57,884 bases of DNA from Chiloscyllium plagiosum. Its lineage: Eukaryota. The stretch covers positions 82,467,243-82,525,126 of the forward strand of contig NC_057718.1 in assembly GCF_004010195.1 (NCBI RefSeq), in the 5' to 3' direction. The notes under the pieces were generated by a model. It was not told where the DNA came from and ran no database searches. It worked only from the letters and a program-made list of their open reading frames with translations. The position numbers were made by a program, and so were the translations under genes. This document shows, in pieces, positions 38,743 to 50,837 of this stretch (the stretch's first letter is position 1; each line of letters opens with the position of its first letter).

Positions 38743-39666
38743 CACATGTCATCTACTGTGACCGTTGCTCTCGATCTGGTCTCCTCTACACTGGGAGACA
38801 GGACGCTAACTTGTAGAATGTTTCAGAGAACACCTCTATGATAAATGCACTAAACAACCTCACCGCCCTGTGGCTGAACACTTCAACTCCCCCTTCCACT
38901 CTACCAAGGACATGCCAGATTCTAGCCACCCAATGCCTGGAGGAAGAACGTCTCATTATCTGCCTTGGGACCCTCCAACCACACAGGATCAATGTTGATT
39001 TCACCAGTTTCCATATCTCCCCTCCCCCACCTTATCCCAGATTAGATTAGATTCGCTACAGTGTGAAAGCAGGACCTTCGGCGCAACAAGTCCACACCGA
39101 CCCTCCGAAGAGTAACCCACCAATTTTCCTCTGACTGATGTACCTAACACCATGGGCAATTTAGCATGGCCAATTCACCTGACCTGCACATCTTTGGACT
39201 GTGGAAGGAATCTGGAGCACCCATAGGAAACCCATGCAGGCACGGGGAGAATGTGCAAACTCCACGCAGACAGTCGCCCGAGGCTGGAATCAAACCGAGG
39301 TCCCTGGCGCTGTGAGGCAGCAGTGCTAACCACTGAGCCACCGTGCTGCCCATGACCCAATCCTCCAACTTGGTACTGCCCTCTTGAACCGCACTACCAG
39401 TCCATCCTCTTTCTCACCTATCCGCTCCACCATCACCCCTCATCTTCATCTACCTATTGCATTCCCAGCTACCTTCCCTCCCCAGTCCTACCTCCCTCCT
39501 ATGTATCTTTCAGTCCTCCTTGGAGCTTCACCACATTCCTGATGAAGAGCTTATGCTCAAGATGTCGACTCTCCTGTTGTTCGAATGTTGCCTGACTAGC
39601 TGTGCTCGTCCAGTGCCACACTTTTTGACTCTGATCTCCAGCATGTGCAGTCCTCACTTTCTCCTA
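38743..39666 (+). mobile_element. PLE 3' end (GIY-YIG region and terminal repeat) interrupted by HE1 SINE 39041-39351
   Basis: LEEERLIICLGTLQPHRINVDF peptide; decayed hammerhead CTGATGA A GAGC TTAT GCTC at 39534-39570. Confidence 0.8.
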
Positions 39667-40152
39667 ATAGCTGTATCCAATTTAGAAAACAGGTCTGGAA
39701 GCAGGCCCTTCAATAAAAAAAAGAGTCCCATCAAATTTAGCAGTGGCCTGGAATGTGCATAGATTAGACAAAGGCTGTGCTTTGCTAAAATCATTACTTC
39801 TGGAAATTTTACGATTTCTTGCCTGTCTTTAAGTAAACCCAGTTAAGATTGTAAGGTTGTAACATTGACTTGAGCTTTGGCCTTTTTTTTATTGTTGTGT
39901 TGTAAAAAACTCTTTTATAATTGTTGTGATTATAATCAGATTATCTGTGTTTATGATAAGAGTTGGTTTCAGCATTCTTATTAACCAAGGCATTGAAGAG
40001 ATTTCAACCCATGCTGCACTTTATTCAAGACTGTTTGGCAGAATAGGTTTTGATTGTTTTATTCTGTTTCTTTTAGCTTTGGACAGATGTAGCAAGCATA
40101 TTTCAGCATTTCATATTATTATAGATGCAATATAACAATTTTTATTTATATA

Positions 40153-40267
40153 AAGTTAAAAATCACACAACACCAGGTTATAGTCCAACAGGTTTATTTG
40201 GAAGCATTAGCTTTCGGAGGGCTGGTTGTGGTATATAAGATCGTAGGACACAGAATTTATAGCAAAA
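40153..40267 (-). mobile_element. Short PLE family B insertion with 12-bp TSD
   Basis: TSD tttatttatata at 40141-40152 and 40268-40279. Confidence 0.7.
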
Positions 40268-40319
40268 TTTATTTATATAGCATCTTTAACATGGTAAATG
40301 TAGAAAAACCTGTTTGACA

Positions 40320-40495
40320 GAAGAGCAATCACATTCCTCTCAACTGTCCCACCCACTTTTAACAGCATAAATCTCATCACACTTGTACCTCCTTTCCATT
40401 TCAAAGAAGAGTACTATTGGGCTAGAAACGTTAACTGTTTCTCTCACTGCTGATGCTGGCCAACCTGCAGAGTTTTTCCAACACTACTGTTTTAA
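40320..40495 (+). mobile_element. Decayed PLE 3' end with hammerhead remnant
   Basis: tcaaagaagagt..gctagaaacgttaac followed by a gatgctg..ttttccaaca tail. Confidence 0.5.
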
Positions 40496-41085
40496 TAAGT
40501 TTGTTATGCATAATCAATGAGCTGTGCATGCAACTTTTTTTATTGATTGTTTTATTATGGAAAACTAAGGAAAGCTCCGTGCAACTGAAGTTAACAGAAT
40601 AAGTTAATTGGTCATGAAAATTTCCATGACTTGATAAAATATTGTTGACCTGGGATTTCTTCCCATTTTTGTCAGGTTCTGCTTTCCTGTCGTCTTTGTG
40701 GGATAGTCCAGACCATTGACAACTTTCCTGGAATTGGCTATGTTGACTTCTAGTCAGTTTTCTTGGATATGACTATCATGTGATGAGTCTCCTTCACAGG
40801 TGCTATTGATTTTTCTGCTCCCTCATGTGACCCAGACTTGCGAATTTAACATCCAAGTTAAGCAGATTACAAGAATAACTTTAGTGCAAGGAAACCCTAG
40901 TGCATTTCCATTGTGCATGTTTGTTAACATTGTGGCTACTGAGTAACTGAGTTGTGTCCCCTCTCCTCTACTGAAGGCACCGATCTATGTTTGAGTGGGC
41001 ATACTTGTTTGGGTACGAGTCACCCTCATCAAAGTGACTGTTCTTCATGTATGAGTTTAAGAAACAAGACCCAGCAATTTGACTA

Positions 41086-41286
41086 GGAGAAAGTGAGGAC
41101 TGCAGATGCTGGAGATCAGAGTCAAAAAATGTGGTGCTGGAAAAGCACAGCAGGTCAGGCAGCATTCGAGGAGTGGGAGAGTCGACATTTCAAGCATAAG
41201 TTTATGCTCAAAACATTGACTCGCTTGCTGCTTGGATGCTGTCTGACTGGCTGTGTTTTTCCAGCACTACACGTTTTGACACAGAT
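41086..41286. mobile_element. Older palindromic mini-PLE (family A) with 9-bp TSD
   Basis: Imperfect inverted arms centred on agcataag/tttatgct; TSD atttgacta at 41077-41085 and 41287-41295. Confidence 0.75.
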
Positions 41287-41499
41287 ATTTGACTATTTGC
41301 GTGGGCAAGCTGCGTCTCTGCTGTACCAGTTCCTCCCTGAAACTGAAGTCTCCAGATTAACATTTACCAGGAAGGGAATACAATGTAGACTGGGAAGTAT
41401 AGGAGTCATTAAGAGAAGAATAGTAAATGTTAACCATAGCTCCATGTTTGCATTTTCATACCTGAACCAAGCTGTCATGTGTTCACGACCCAATTGAGA

Positions 41500-42150
41500 G
41501 ATTTTAGTACAAAATCTGGACTGACACCCCAGCGTTGTACTGAGAGAGCGCTGCACTTTGGAATCCTTAGTTTTAAGACCGAAATGAAGGGAATCTTTTT
41601 TTTTTGTCCCCTGAGTATATTCTGTGGGATTCTCTTCCTTTAGAGAGCAATGGAGGCTGGGTCATTGCGTTTATCCAGTGCTGAGTTAGACAGAATTTTG
41701 ACTAATAAGGGAATCATGAGTTATGTGGGGCAGATGGACAAGTGAGGTTCAGGCCATAATTGGATTGATGATTATCCTGACAAATGGCTGAGCTGACTTG
41801 ACAGACTGAGTGGCCTACTCTTGCTTTTCGTTCTTGTTCGTATCTTTTGAATATTGCGTTAAACCGAGGCTGTGCCCCCTCAAGTGGACGATAAAGATTA
41901 TTTGTGGTAATTTTTGGAGAAGAAGAGCCAGGTTCTATCCAGTGTTATGGCCACTCTATTTCTCTTGAACAACACTGATAAATTGTTTATCACACTGATG
42001 CTGTGAGAGCTTGATGCGTGCAAATTGGCTGCTGCATTTCCTACATTGTAAAAGTGACCATCACTTCTAAAGACAATTTGCTTTATTCCTTGTGAAGCAC
42101 TTTGGATTGTCCTGTGGTCATGAAAGGTGTTCTGTAAAGTAAGTCTTCAT
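41500..42150 (+). mobile_element. Deu-domain SINE interrupted by a CR1 3' fragment (~41570-41840)
   Basis: Deu core at 41860-41975; L2-like tail gcactttgggattgtcctg..tgaaaggtg. Confidence 0.65.
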
Positions 42151-42519
42151 GACAGAATACTCTTACTTAACATTGCTATTACTAGTCAACGCCATGCTAC
42201 TTTTCCAGTACTAATATTAACATGATAGCCAGTGAATGGGTAAAGTATGTGAATTGACCCGTGGTTAAATGATCTGGCCTGCTAATATTGATTGCTTAAT
42301 AATTTGGGAATGTACTGATTCTACTGCTTCAAAGGATAGTTTTCTCTTTCCAACAACTCTGTGAGAAGGACCTCTTTTGGTTCAATCTTTTGGAGGAGAT
42401 GATGGCGTACTGGTAATGTCACTGGATTTTGATTCCAGAGGCCCTCAGGCTGATGTTCCTTTCACAAAGAATTGAATCGCACAGTGGCAGCTGGTAAATT
42501 TTGATTTCAGTGAATAAAT

Positions 42520-43885
42520 CTTTTGTACACAAAAAGCAGGACAAGTCCAACCCAGCCAAGTACCACCCAATCAGTCTACTCTCCATCAATGAAGTGATGG
42601 AACGGGGCATCAACAGTGCTATCAAGCAGCACCTATTCAGCGACAACCTGCTCAGTGAGGCCCAGTTTGAGTTTCGCCAGGGTCACTCAGCTTCTGATCG
42701 CATTACAGGTTTGGTTCAAACATGGACAAAATAGCTGAATTCCAGAGGTGAGGTGAGAGTGACAGCCCTTGACATCAAGGCTGTATTTGACTGAGTGTGA
42801 CATCAAGGAGCCCTGGCAAAACTGGAATCAATGAGTATCAGGGGGCAAATACTTAGCTGGTGAGAGTCATACCTGGCACAAAGGAAGATAGTTGTGGTTG
42901 TGGAGGGACAGTCATCACATCTCTGCAGGAGTCCCTCAGGGGCGTGTCCTAGGCCCAACAATATTCAGCTGCTTCATCAATGACCTTCCTTCTGTCATAA
43001 CGTCAGAAGTGCAGATGTTCGCTGATGATTGCACAGTGTTCAGTGCCGTTCGTGCTCAAATGCAACAAGATCTGGACAATATCCAGGCTTGGGCCAACAA
43101 ATGGCAAGTAACATTCGCAGCACACAAATGCCAGACAATGATCATCACCAATAAGAGACACTCTAACCACTGCCTCTTGACATTCAACAGTATTACCATC
43201 ACTGAATCCCTCAACATCCTTGAGGTTGCCATTGACCAGAAACTCGACTGGACTCACTACATAAACACAGTGACTACAAGAGCAGGTCAGAGACTAGGGA
43301 TATTGCAGCGAGTAACTCATCTCCTGACACCCCAACGTCTATCCACCATCTACAAGGCACAAGTCAGGAGTGTGATGGAATACTCTCCACTTGCCTGTAT
43401 GGGGGCAGCTCCAACAACACTCAAGAAGCTTAACACCATCCAGGACAAAGCAACCCGCTTGATTGGCACCACATCTACAAACATTCAAACCCTCCATCAC
43501 TAGTGCTCATTAGCAGCAGTGTGTACTATCTACAAGATGCACTGATGCAGTGCAGAATTCACTAACGGTCCTTAGACAGCACCTTACAAACTCACAACCA
43601 CTTCCACCTAGAAGGACAATGGCAGCAGGTACTTGGGAACACCACCACCTGCAAGTTCCCCTCCAAGCCGCTCACTACCCTGACTTGGAAATGTACCATT
43701 GAAGATTCAGAGTCGTTGGGTCATAATCCTGGAATTCTCTCCCTAATGGCGTTATGGGTTAATCCACAGCAAGTGGACTGCAGCGATTCATGAAGGCAGC
43801 TCACCACCACCTTCCCAAGGGCAAATACGAATGGGCTATCAAAGCTGGCCAGCCAGCGACAGCCAAGTCCCACAAAAGAATAAGA
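42520..43885 (+). mobile_element. CR1-group LINE family 2 (Crack/L2-related, clade unresolved) RT and 3' end
   Basis: YHPISLLS, QFEFRQGHS, GVPQGRVLGP, FADD RT motifs. Confidence 0.9.
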
Positions 43886-44037
43886 AAAATATAAAGCTAG
43901 TCTTAATCATGATGATTATTGTAAAAACCATTTGGCTCACTATGATATTTTCAGGATGGAAATTTGCCACTTTAACCTCTGTTCCCGAGATGTGACTCCA
44001 AAAAAAAACAAGTTAACTCTTAAATGGCCTCTACAAT

Positions 44038-44354
44038 AGATTAGATTAGATTACATTACAGTGTGGAAACAGGCCCTTCGACCCAACAAGTCCACACCGA
44101 CCCGCCGAAGCGAAACCCACCCATACCCCTACATTTACCCCTTACCTAACACTACGGGCAATTTAGCATGGCCAATTCACCTGACCCTGCACATCTTTGG
44201 ACTGTGGGAGGAAACCGGAGCACCCGGAGGAAACCCACGCAGACACGGGGAGAACGTGCAAACTCCACACAGTCAGTCGCCTGAGGCGGGAAATGAACCC
44301 GGGTCTCAGGCGCTGTGAGGCAGCAGTGCTAACCACTGTGCCACCGTGCCGCCC
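44038..44354 (-). mobile_element. Young full-length HE1-type V-SINE
   Basis: CpGs retained; complete tRNA head, V core and (taatc)n tail. Confidence 0.9.
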
Positions 44355-46211
44355 ACAAAATAGTCTAGCAAACCACTCAGTTGAAGGGCATTGAAGGCCT
44401 TGTCAGCAGTACCCATGTGCCATGAAGAAGAAAAAGTGATTCTATACATCTCAGGGTTTTCCTGGTGAGTTAGTTCGTGACAGTGATGTGGGGAAGAGTG
44501 CAGACTGATAGGGTGTTAGATTTGAGACAGGGAGTGATCCCAGTTAGCCAACTGTAGCTGAATGGAATTGTTTGTATAGAATGTAAAAATGTAACTTCTC
44601 ATCAGAATCTAATTGTAATAAATACATTTCTTGCATAATTGGCAATGTAAGAATGACATTAAATTACCTTTGGCTTTACAGACACTAAGCCAGCAAGGAG
44701 CTGTCCTTACAATGTCGTGTGACCAACTGGGAGAGGCAAGCTCATATTGAGGCCAAGGCCGGAATTTCTGTCCTTTTTTTTTTGTAGAGGGGAGGCGCAG
44801 TCAGGTTAGTGAAGGGTGCAACACTTGGGGATCTTAGAGCAAAGAATGTCAAGGGCAATCTAGTAGTGTGTTTAAAAAGATGAAGGATTTTGATAGGGAA
44901 AATAAAGGCAGAACTGTTCTCACTGGCAGGAGAATTGGCCATAGGAGGGAACAGATTTAAGTTAATTAGTAAAATAACCAGAGCAGAGGTGAAGAGAATT
45001 TCTTTACACAGTGAGTTGTTCTGGTCTGGAGTGTACTGCCTAAATGGAAGGTGGAAGCAGAATCAATAGTAACTTTGTAATGGGAATTAGATAAATACTT
45101 CAATACTCTATGCATCCCATCCCAACCAAAATTCCTTTTCCCTATTATTGCTGGCCATGCTTTCAGTTGCTGAGATGGTACATCCTGTAATTCTCTCCCA
45201 GACCTGTTCACCTTGCCACTCACTCTCTCTTCCTTTTAAGGCAGTATAAAACCTACCCTATTGACTAAGCATCAGGTCCCTTATGCTAATACCATTTCTA
45301 TTGACTCTGTGTTAGTTTTGTCTGAGAACACTTTAATGATGTGAGTTGGGACTTTGTAGTACTTTAAGGCACTGGATAAATGCAGGATGTGTTTATTGAA
45401 GTAGGAGTCAGCATTAACCATGTCAAAATGTGGCACTGTCAATCACTCGTAGAAAGTGAAGGGATGGAATTGTTAGTCAGAAGTGCCTCACTGACTTGGC
45501 ATGAGGTGCTGTTCTGAGGGGAATATGTGTATGTGTGCAAGGGGGACTGATTGGAAGATATAATTAGTGATTTAATCAGATTAATGGAGCTGTCTGGCCT
45601 GTGCCTGGTGAGTCATTAGTGATAGATTTCGTAGTACGTCTAGGGCATGCTTTGCCAGGAATCTTTCATTCCTAATGGGCAAAAGAAAATTTCATAAATA
45701 TTTAAAGAAACAGTGAGAACACACCTATTCCTTGGTCAGGTGAGCCTGACCTTTCTAAAGTAACAAACAAACAGAAAGTGTTGGGGCAACACAAGATCAT
45801 CCATGATCTCCGGTCAGAAACTGGCTCAGAGAATGTCCTGCTCTGCTGACCTGGTTTCCACGGCGACACATTGTTTTTCTTATACTATGTACAGCCCCGA
45901 TCTCTTCAGCGGACAATGGAGATCCGTCTTTGGGCTTGCCTGAAGAAACTGGAAATTCATTGCGCTCTCCTGCATCCATCAGAGAGAGTAGTTGGGGAAG
46001 CTTTTTGAAAAAAATGGACTCTCAATGAAATCAAATCTGTTTCATCAATAACCCAACTAAAGGAGCAGCATATCTAAATTGGTGTTGGCAAGTTTGCTAC
46101 CAAATCCAGTTGACTCAATAAAAGTCTAAACTATCCAGAGCCACATATTGCAGTGATCTGATATAATATCCCTTTTTTGGGATATACATTTGGATCCATT
46201 TGTTTGTGTAG

Positions 46212-47010
46212 GCAAATGCAATAGAATGTGGATAAATGTGAGGTTATCCACTTTGGTGGTTAAAGCAGGAAGGTAGATTATTAAGAAAAAGGTGAGGTGC
46301 AGCAAAACCTGGGTGTCATAGTGGAACAGTCGCTGAAGGTTGGTATGTAAATGCAGCAGGCAGTAAGCAAAGCTAATGGCATGCTGGCCTCCATAGCGAG
46401 AGGATTTGGGGTAGGGATAGCAATGTCTTGCAGCAGTTACACAGGACCTTGGTGAGGCCACACCTTGAGTATTGTGCGCAGTTTTGATCTCCTAGTCTGA
46501 GGAAGGATATGCCTGCTTTTGGGGGGGAGTCCAGCGAAGGTTGATTGCTGGGATGGCAGAACTGACATCTGAGAAAACATTGGATCGATTGTACTGACTG
46601 GCATTTAGAAGAATGGGGGGGGGGGGATCTCAAAGAAACACATAAAATCCTGATGGGACTGGACAGACTAGATACAGGAAGAATGTTCCCGATGTTGGGA
46701 AGGCCAGAACTAGGGCTCACAGTCTTAGAATAAGGAATAAGCCATTCAGGACTGAGATGAGGAAGAATATCTTCACTTGGAGAGCTGCGAACCTTTGCAA
46801 TTCTCTCCCACAGGAAGCTATTGGGGCCAGCTCATTAGATAGATTCAAGAGGGAACTGCACATGGCCCTTGCAGCTAAAGGGATCAAGGGGTATGGGGAG
46901 AGGTTTAGGAATAGGATAATGAGATTGCATGATCTGCCATGATCATATTGAATGGTGGTGCAGACCTGAAGGGCTGAATAGCCTTCTCCACCTGTTTTCC
47001 ACGTTTCTAT
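46212..47010 (+). mobile_element. CR1 LINE 3' fragment
   Basis: ttggtgaggccacaccttgagtattgtg (LVRPHLEYC); FTWRAANLCNSLPQE. Confidence 0.85.
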
Positions 47011-48255
47011 CCATAATAGAATGATAGGACACAAGTGCTGGCCGTAAATCTGGTGTGAAGCACATTTATGTATCCTCCCCACTGTTCCCAGGCAAACAGA
47101 AAGCTGCCCTTAAATCTTAAACATTTGCATTGTCACTTGCCTGTCCAAGTCACCTTGCACGTGTAAACAAGTAACTTGTATTTATGACACGAGGGATGAG
47201 AGTCTTCTTTCAAGCAGAGATATTGGGAAGTTGAGACTTTTCTTCTTAGCAGAGAAGGTTAAGGGAAGATTAAACAGGGGAGTTCAAAATTAAATGGAGT
47301 TTTCTCAGAGTTGATGGTCTTTCTTCTAAAAATCGGTCAGTAACCAGAATGGAGAGTTTCAGGGTAAGGAACTGAGAGAATATGAGGAAAGAAGGAACTG
47401 AGAGGATATGAGGAACGTTTATACTTACCCGAAGTTGCTGTGATCCGAAACGCACAGCAGTTAGTTGGTGGGAGCAAAGTCAGAAGCAGTTTTGGAAGGG
47501 AATTGTATAAGTACTTGAAAGAAACCATTTACAAGGTCAAGGGGAAAGATTGGGAATAATTAGCTCTTTCAAACGGTTGTTGTGTGCTGTAAAATCTGTG
47601 GTTTTATGTAGCAGCTTGTTACAGTCACACCCTATTATGATGAATTGTAGACATTTCATACAGTATAACTGACACAATTAGGTGATCCATCTTCAAGTGT
47701 AAAGCAGCTACTGCTGAAGTTGTAAACTTACTAAACACTAGGTTAGCATATTATTTTTACAAACTGTAACATTCAGGAGAATGTAATTATTTCTAAATCT
47801 AGAGCAGTCAACTGAATCTATTAGTCTTGCCATAGCAGTCAGTGGAATACGAGGCTGTAGCTGGTTTAGTGACTAAATCAGCAGGGAGAGGGAGAAAAGC
47901 ACTTAACCAATGTACATAAACTCTGGAGGCAATGCGAGAGTTAAGATGGTAAATTAATGATGCCCTGAAATTCAAACAGTGCTTTGGTGCTGTTCAGTTG
48001 AAGTATTGAGTAACTCATATTGACACACCGTGACCTAGCTATCACAACCACTGCCTTTGCACTAGTTTGTACCTTCTCAGTGATACAAACTTTTTAAAGC
48101 GGTGTTTGTTGTTATTGGTTATTTCATTTTCCCACATTCAAACTGGCAAGGGGAAAGGCCAAAATCAGCTGTTTGTCAGAGAGTTGTACACATTAAAGTA
48201 CAGAACTGTTGACCTTAATTCTCAGGAGGCTCAGTGCAGAAATCCTTCACAGAAG

Positions 48256-48568
48256 GTGGCACGATGGCTCAGTGGTTAGCACTGCTGCCTGACTTCGCCA
48301 GGGACCTGGGTTCGATTCCAGCCTCAGGCGACCATCTGTGTGGAGTTTGCACATGTTTCCTGTGTCTGCGTGGGTTTCCTCCCACAGTCCAAAGATGTGC
48401 AGGTTAGGTGAATTGGCCATGCTAAATTGTCCCATAGTGTTCAGGGATGTGTAGGATAGGTGCATTAGTCAGGGGTAAATATCGGGTACGGGAACGGGAC
48501 TGGGTGGGTTACTCTTCGGACGGTCAGAGTTGGGCCAAAGGGCCTGTTTCCACACTGTAGGGATTCTA
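48256..48568 (+). mobile_element. HE1-type V-SINE
   Basis: tRNA head, core, tail. Confidence 0.85.
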
Positions 48569-49377
48569 AAAAATTCTAGTCCCTGACTTCTGAATGTGGG
48601 CTCAATTTGTCTGCTTGCTTTGTTCCCTTTCGTAAGAGTTGATCCGTTTATAAATAGTGTTGACTCTTTTTCTCTCTGCAGCGGATTTTTTGCAGTTTCA
48701 AATCAGAAGTTTTGGAAGGGGCTTTCTGGTATTTCTTTATTGAAAGCACCAAGGGCTTAAAATTCTGAACACTCGGACTCAAGTCTGGCAGGCTTGGCTC
48801 AGCGCAACCCTGGCCAAAATAAATATTTACTTTACTGCAGTGAGGGTAGAAAGAATTGGCAAATGTAATCAACAAGTGAATGTTTTCTTTCTCTATTTAA
48901 TATTTGGAGAGTATGGTCTGTGAGTTTCTAGAACTTATTAGCGTGCAGCACTGAAAATTAAACTTTTTCATTTTATTAACCAGTATTGCTCTGCGTCAAC
49001 AAAACACTCCCTCAAAGCCTCTGATTGTTGCAGAACTGTTTCAATTTACAAAATTGCCTTACCTCAACCCATTGCAGCAATCTTTGTCATGTCCTTTTGC
49101 TACAATTATGGAACTTGTTGCCAAGTCACAGTATTATTGGAACCTGAATCTGGAGGGTAGTCCTTATGTGACTCTAGAATTCAATAGAATGAGAAATCCA
49201 GGAGGAGAGGTGTCCGGCCTTGCTAATGAGTTTGTTTTAGCAGATGTACTTGATTTCACTGTGTATTGTGCAAAGTAGCATTGGCTCAGTACTCGAATAT
49301 ATTTGCTTATCTGGAGTCCTAAGAAGGGGAATGGATTAGATTTTTGCAATCCATTCTTCAAGAATCATTTTGTTAAC

Positions 49378-49620
49378 AACAAAGAACTTGCATTGATGTA
49401 GCAGCGTTAACTACATCAGGACATGCCAAGATGCCTCGCAGCCAATGAAGTACTTTTGAAGTGTAGCTGCTGTGAAGCAGTAAGCACAGCAGCTGGTTTG
49501 CACATGACCAGCTCCCACTAACAGTGGGGAGATGAATGAGGAGATAATGTCTTTTAGCTGTTGGTTGAAGGGAGACCAATCGGAACATCTCAGTTGGCAT
49601 GATGTCCAGCTCAACCTTCT
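49378..49620 (-). mobile_element. Deu-SINE-type 3' half
   Basis: gcagccaatgaagtacttttgaagtgtag shared with 55125-55530. Confidence 0.6.
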
Positions 49621-49883
49621 GCAGGCACGGGCAGCTTCAATAAAAGGAGAAAGGTCACACTGGTTGCATCGTGACTGTGGGAGGTTTGCTAAAGTATTAT
49701 GGTTTCAGGCTAATACCTCAAATCATTAAACTCCAAGATGAGGAGAGAATAAGTGGCTCCCCTTCTTCATTCACTTGCCCTTTTGATTGGTTGGAATTAG
49801 GTTAAATTAAAAAGGATCTCTCCCCTGATGGATTCCCTTTTGCCTGACAAAATGAATTTATGTTTTAAAAGGAACAAATTTAA

Positions 49884-50000
49884 TGTTTTCCCTTCTCGAA
49901 TTCAGAAATATCATTATACACCTCTGAAGCAGGTCAGACGTGAACCTGGGTGTCCTAGTCCAGAGGGAGGGACACTATGACTGTGGCATGAGAGGCCCTC
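49884..50000 (-). mobile_element. Short tRNA-derived SINE with 15-bp TSD
   Basis: TSD aagga(a/g)caaatttaa at 49869-49883 and 50001-50015; B-box-like ggttcacgtc. Confidence 0.65.
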
Positions 50001-50517
50001 AAGGAGCAAATTTAACCAGGCTTTCTTGAGTAATCGGAAGAGTAAGCTTATGGATTACTAAATGTGAAAAGAGTTAATAATGCAACACACATACAGACCT
50101 AATAGGAATAAGAAGAGTCCAAAGAAAGATATAAGTTAAATGATTTACAGAACAATCTCTCTGGGTGGTTTTTGTAGTGTAAATTGTAGAACATTAATAG
50201 GTCAACAGTTGATTTGGAATTCTCAAATTTTGCTGGTTATTTGAAATCCTTTTGTGCTTTTTCTTTTTGACGGTGATTAACTTGCAGCACTCAGAGCAAG
50301 AGGACCTTTCTTGTCCAGTTTCCTTACGATTAGCTCGCTGGCTAGACAGCTTCCATATTGAGACAGTCTTCTAATGTCAGTGAAGGGTGACTTGTGGGTG
50401 ATGCTTTGACTGTGACATTCACAGCTCACCAGAGCTCAAACCCAGGCTCGTATATACAAACCTCAGGTCACTTTCACACCTTCTGCCAGTAGCAAATATA
50501 CATCAGGTTTTTAAGTT

Positions 50518-50710
50518 GAAAATCACACAACACCAGGTTATAGTCCAACAGGTTTATTTGGAAGCACTAGCTTTCAGAGTGCTGCTCCTTCACCTGATGA
50601 AGGAGCAGCACTCTGAAAGCTAGTGCTTCCCAATAAACCTGTTGGATTATAACCTGGTGTTGTGTGATTTTCAACTTTGTACGCCCCACTCCAATACCAG
50701 CTCCTCCACC
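50518..50710. mobile_element. Palindromic mini-PLE (family B) with 15-bp TSD
   Basis: 80-bp arms 50513-50592 and 50598-50677; TSD tcaggtttttaagtt at 50503-50517 and 50711-50725. Confidence 0.9.
50591..50625 (+). ncRNA. Minimal type I hammerhead ribozyme (family B), sense to RRBP1 intron
   Basis: CAC CUGAUGA A GGAG CAGCA CUCU GAAAGCUA GUG: stem I CAC/GUG, stem II GGAG/CUCU, palindromic AGCU helix III, CUA site. Confidence 0.75.
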
Positions 50711-50837
50711 TCAGGTTTTTAAGTTTATGTTTGTCTATTGCTGGAAGGGCAAAACACGAAAAATGTCTCCACGTGAATGATTTTGCTGAGTCAGAAAAGA
50801 TAGTAAATCCCCTTGTTATCTGCTGGTCTTCCAGAAA

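Larger units (their letters stand above)
42392..44430 (+). mobile_element. tRNA-derived SINE split by LINE and HE1 insertions
   Basis: Head tggcgtactggtaatgtcactgga at 42402; continuation at 43890-44035; tail at 44360-44430. Confidence 0.55.

Noticed and set aside
47366..47415. 26-bp tandem duplication
   Set aside because: Local duplication in a decayed CR1 fragment
48661..48880. Possible second non-coding RRBP1 exon (acceptor ctgcAG at 48681)
   Set aside because: No convincing donor; cannot be supported without transcripts
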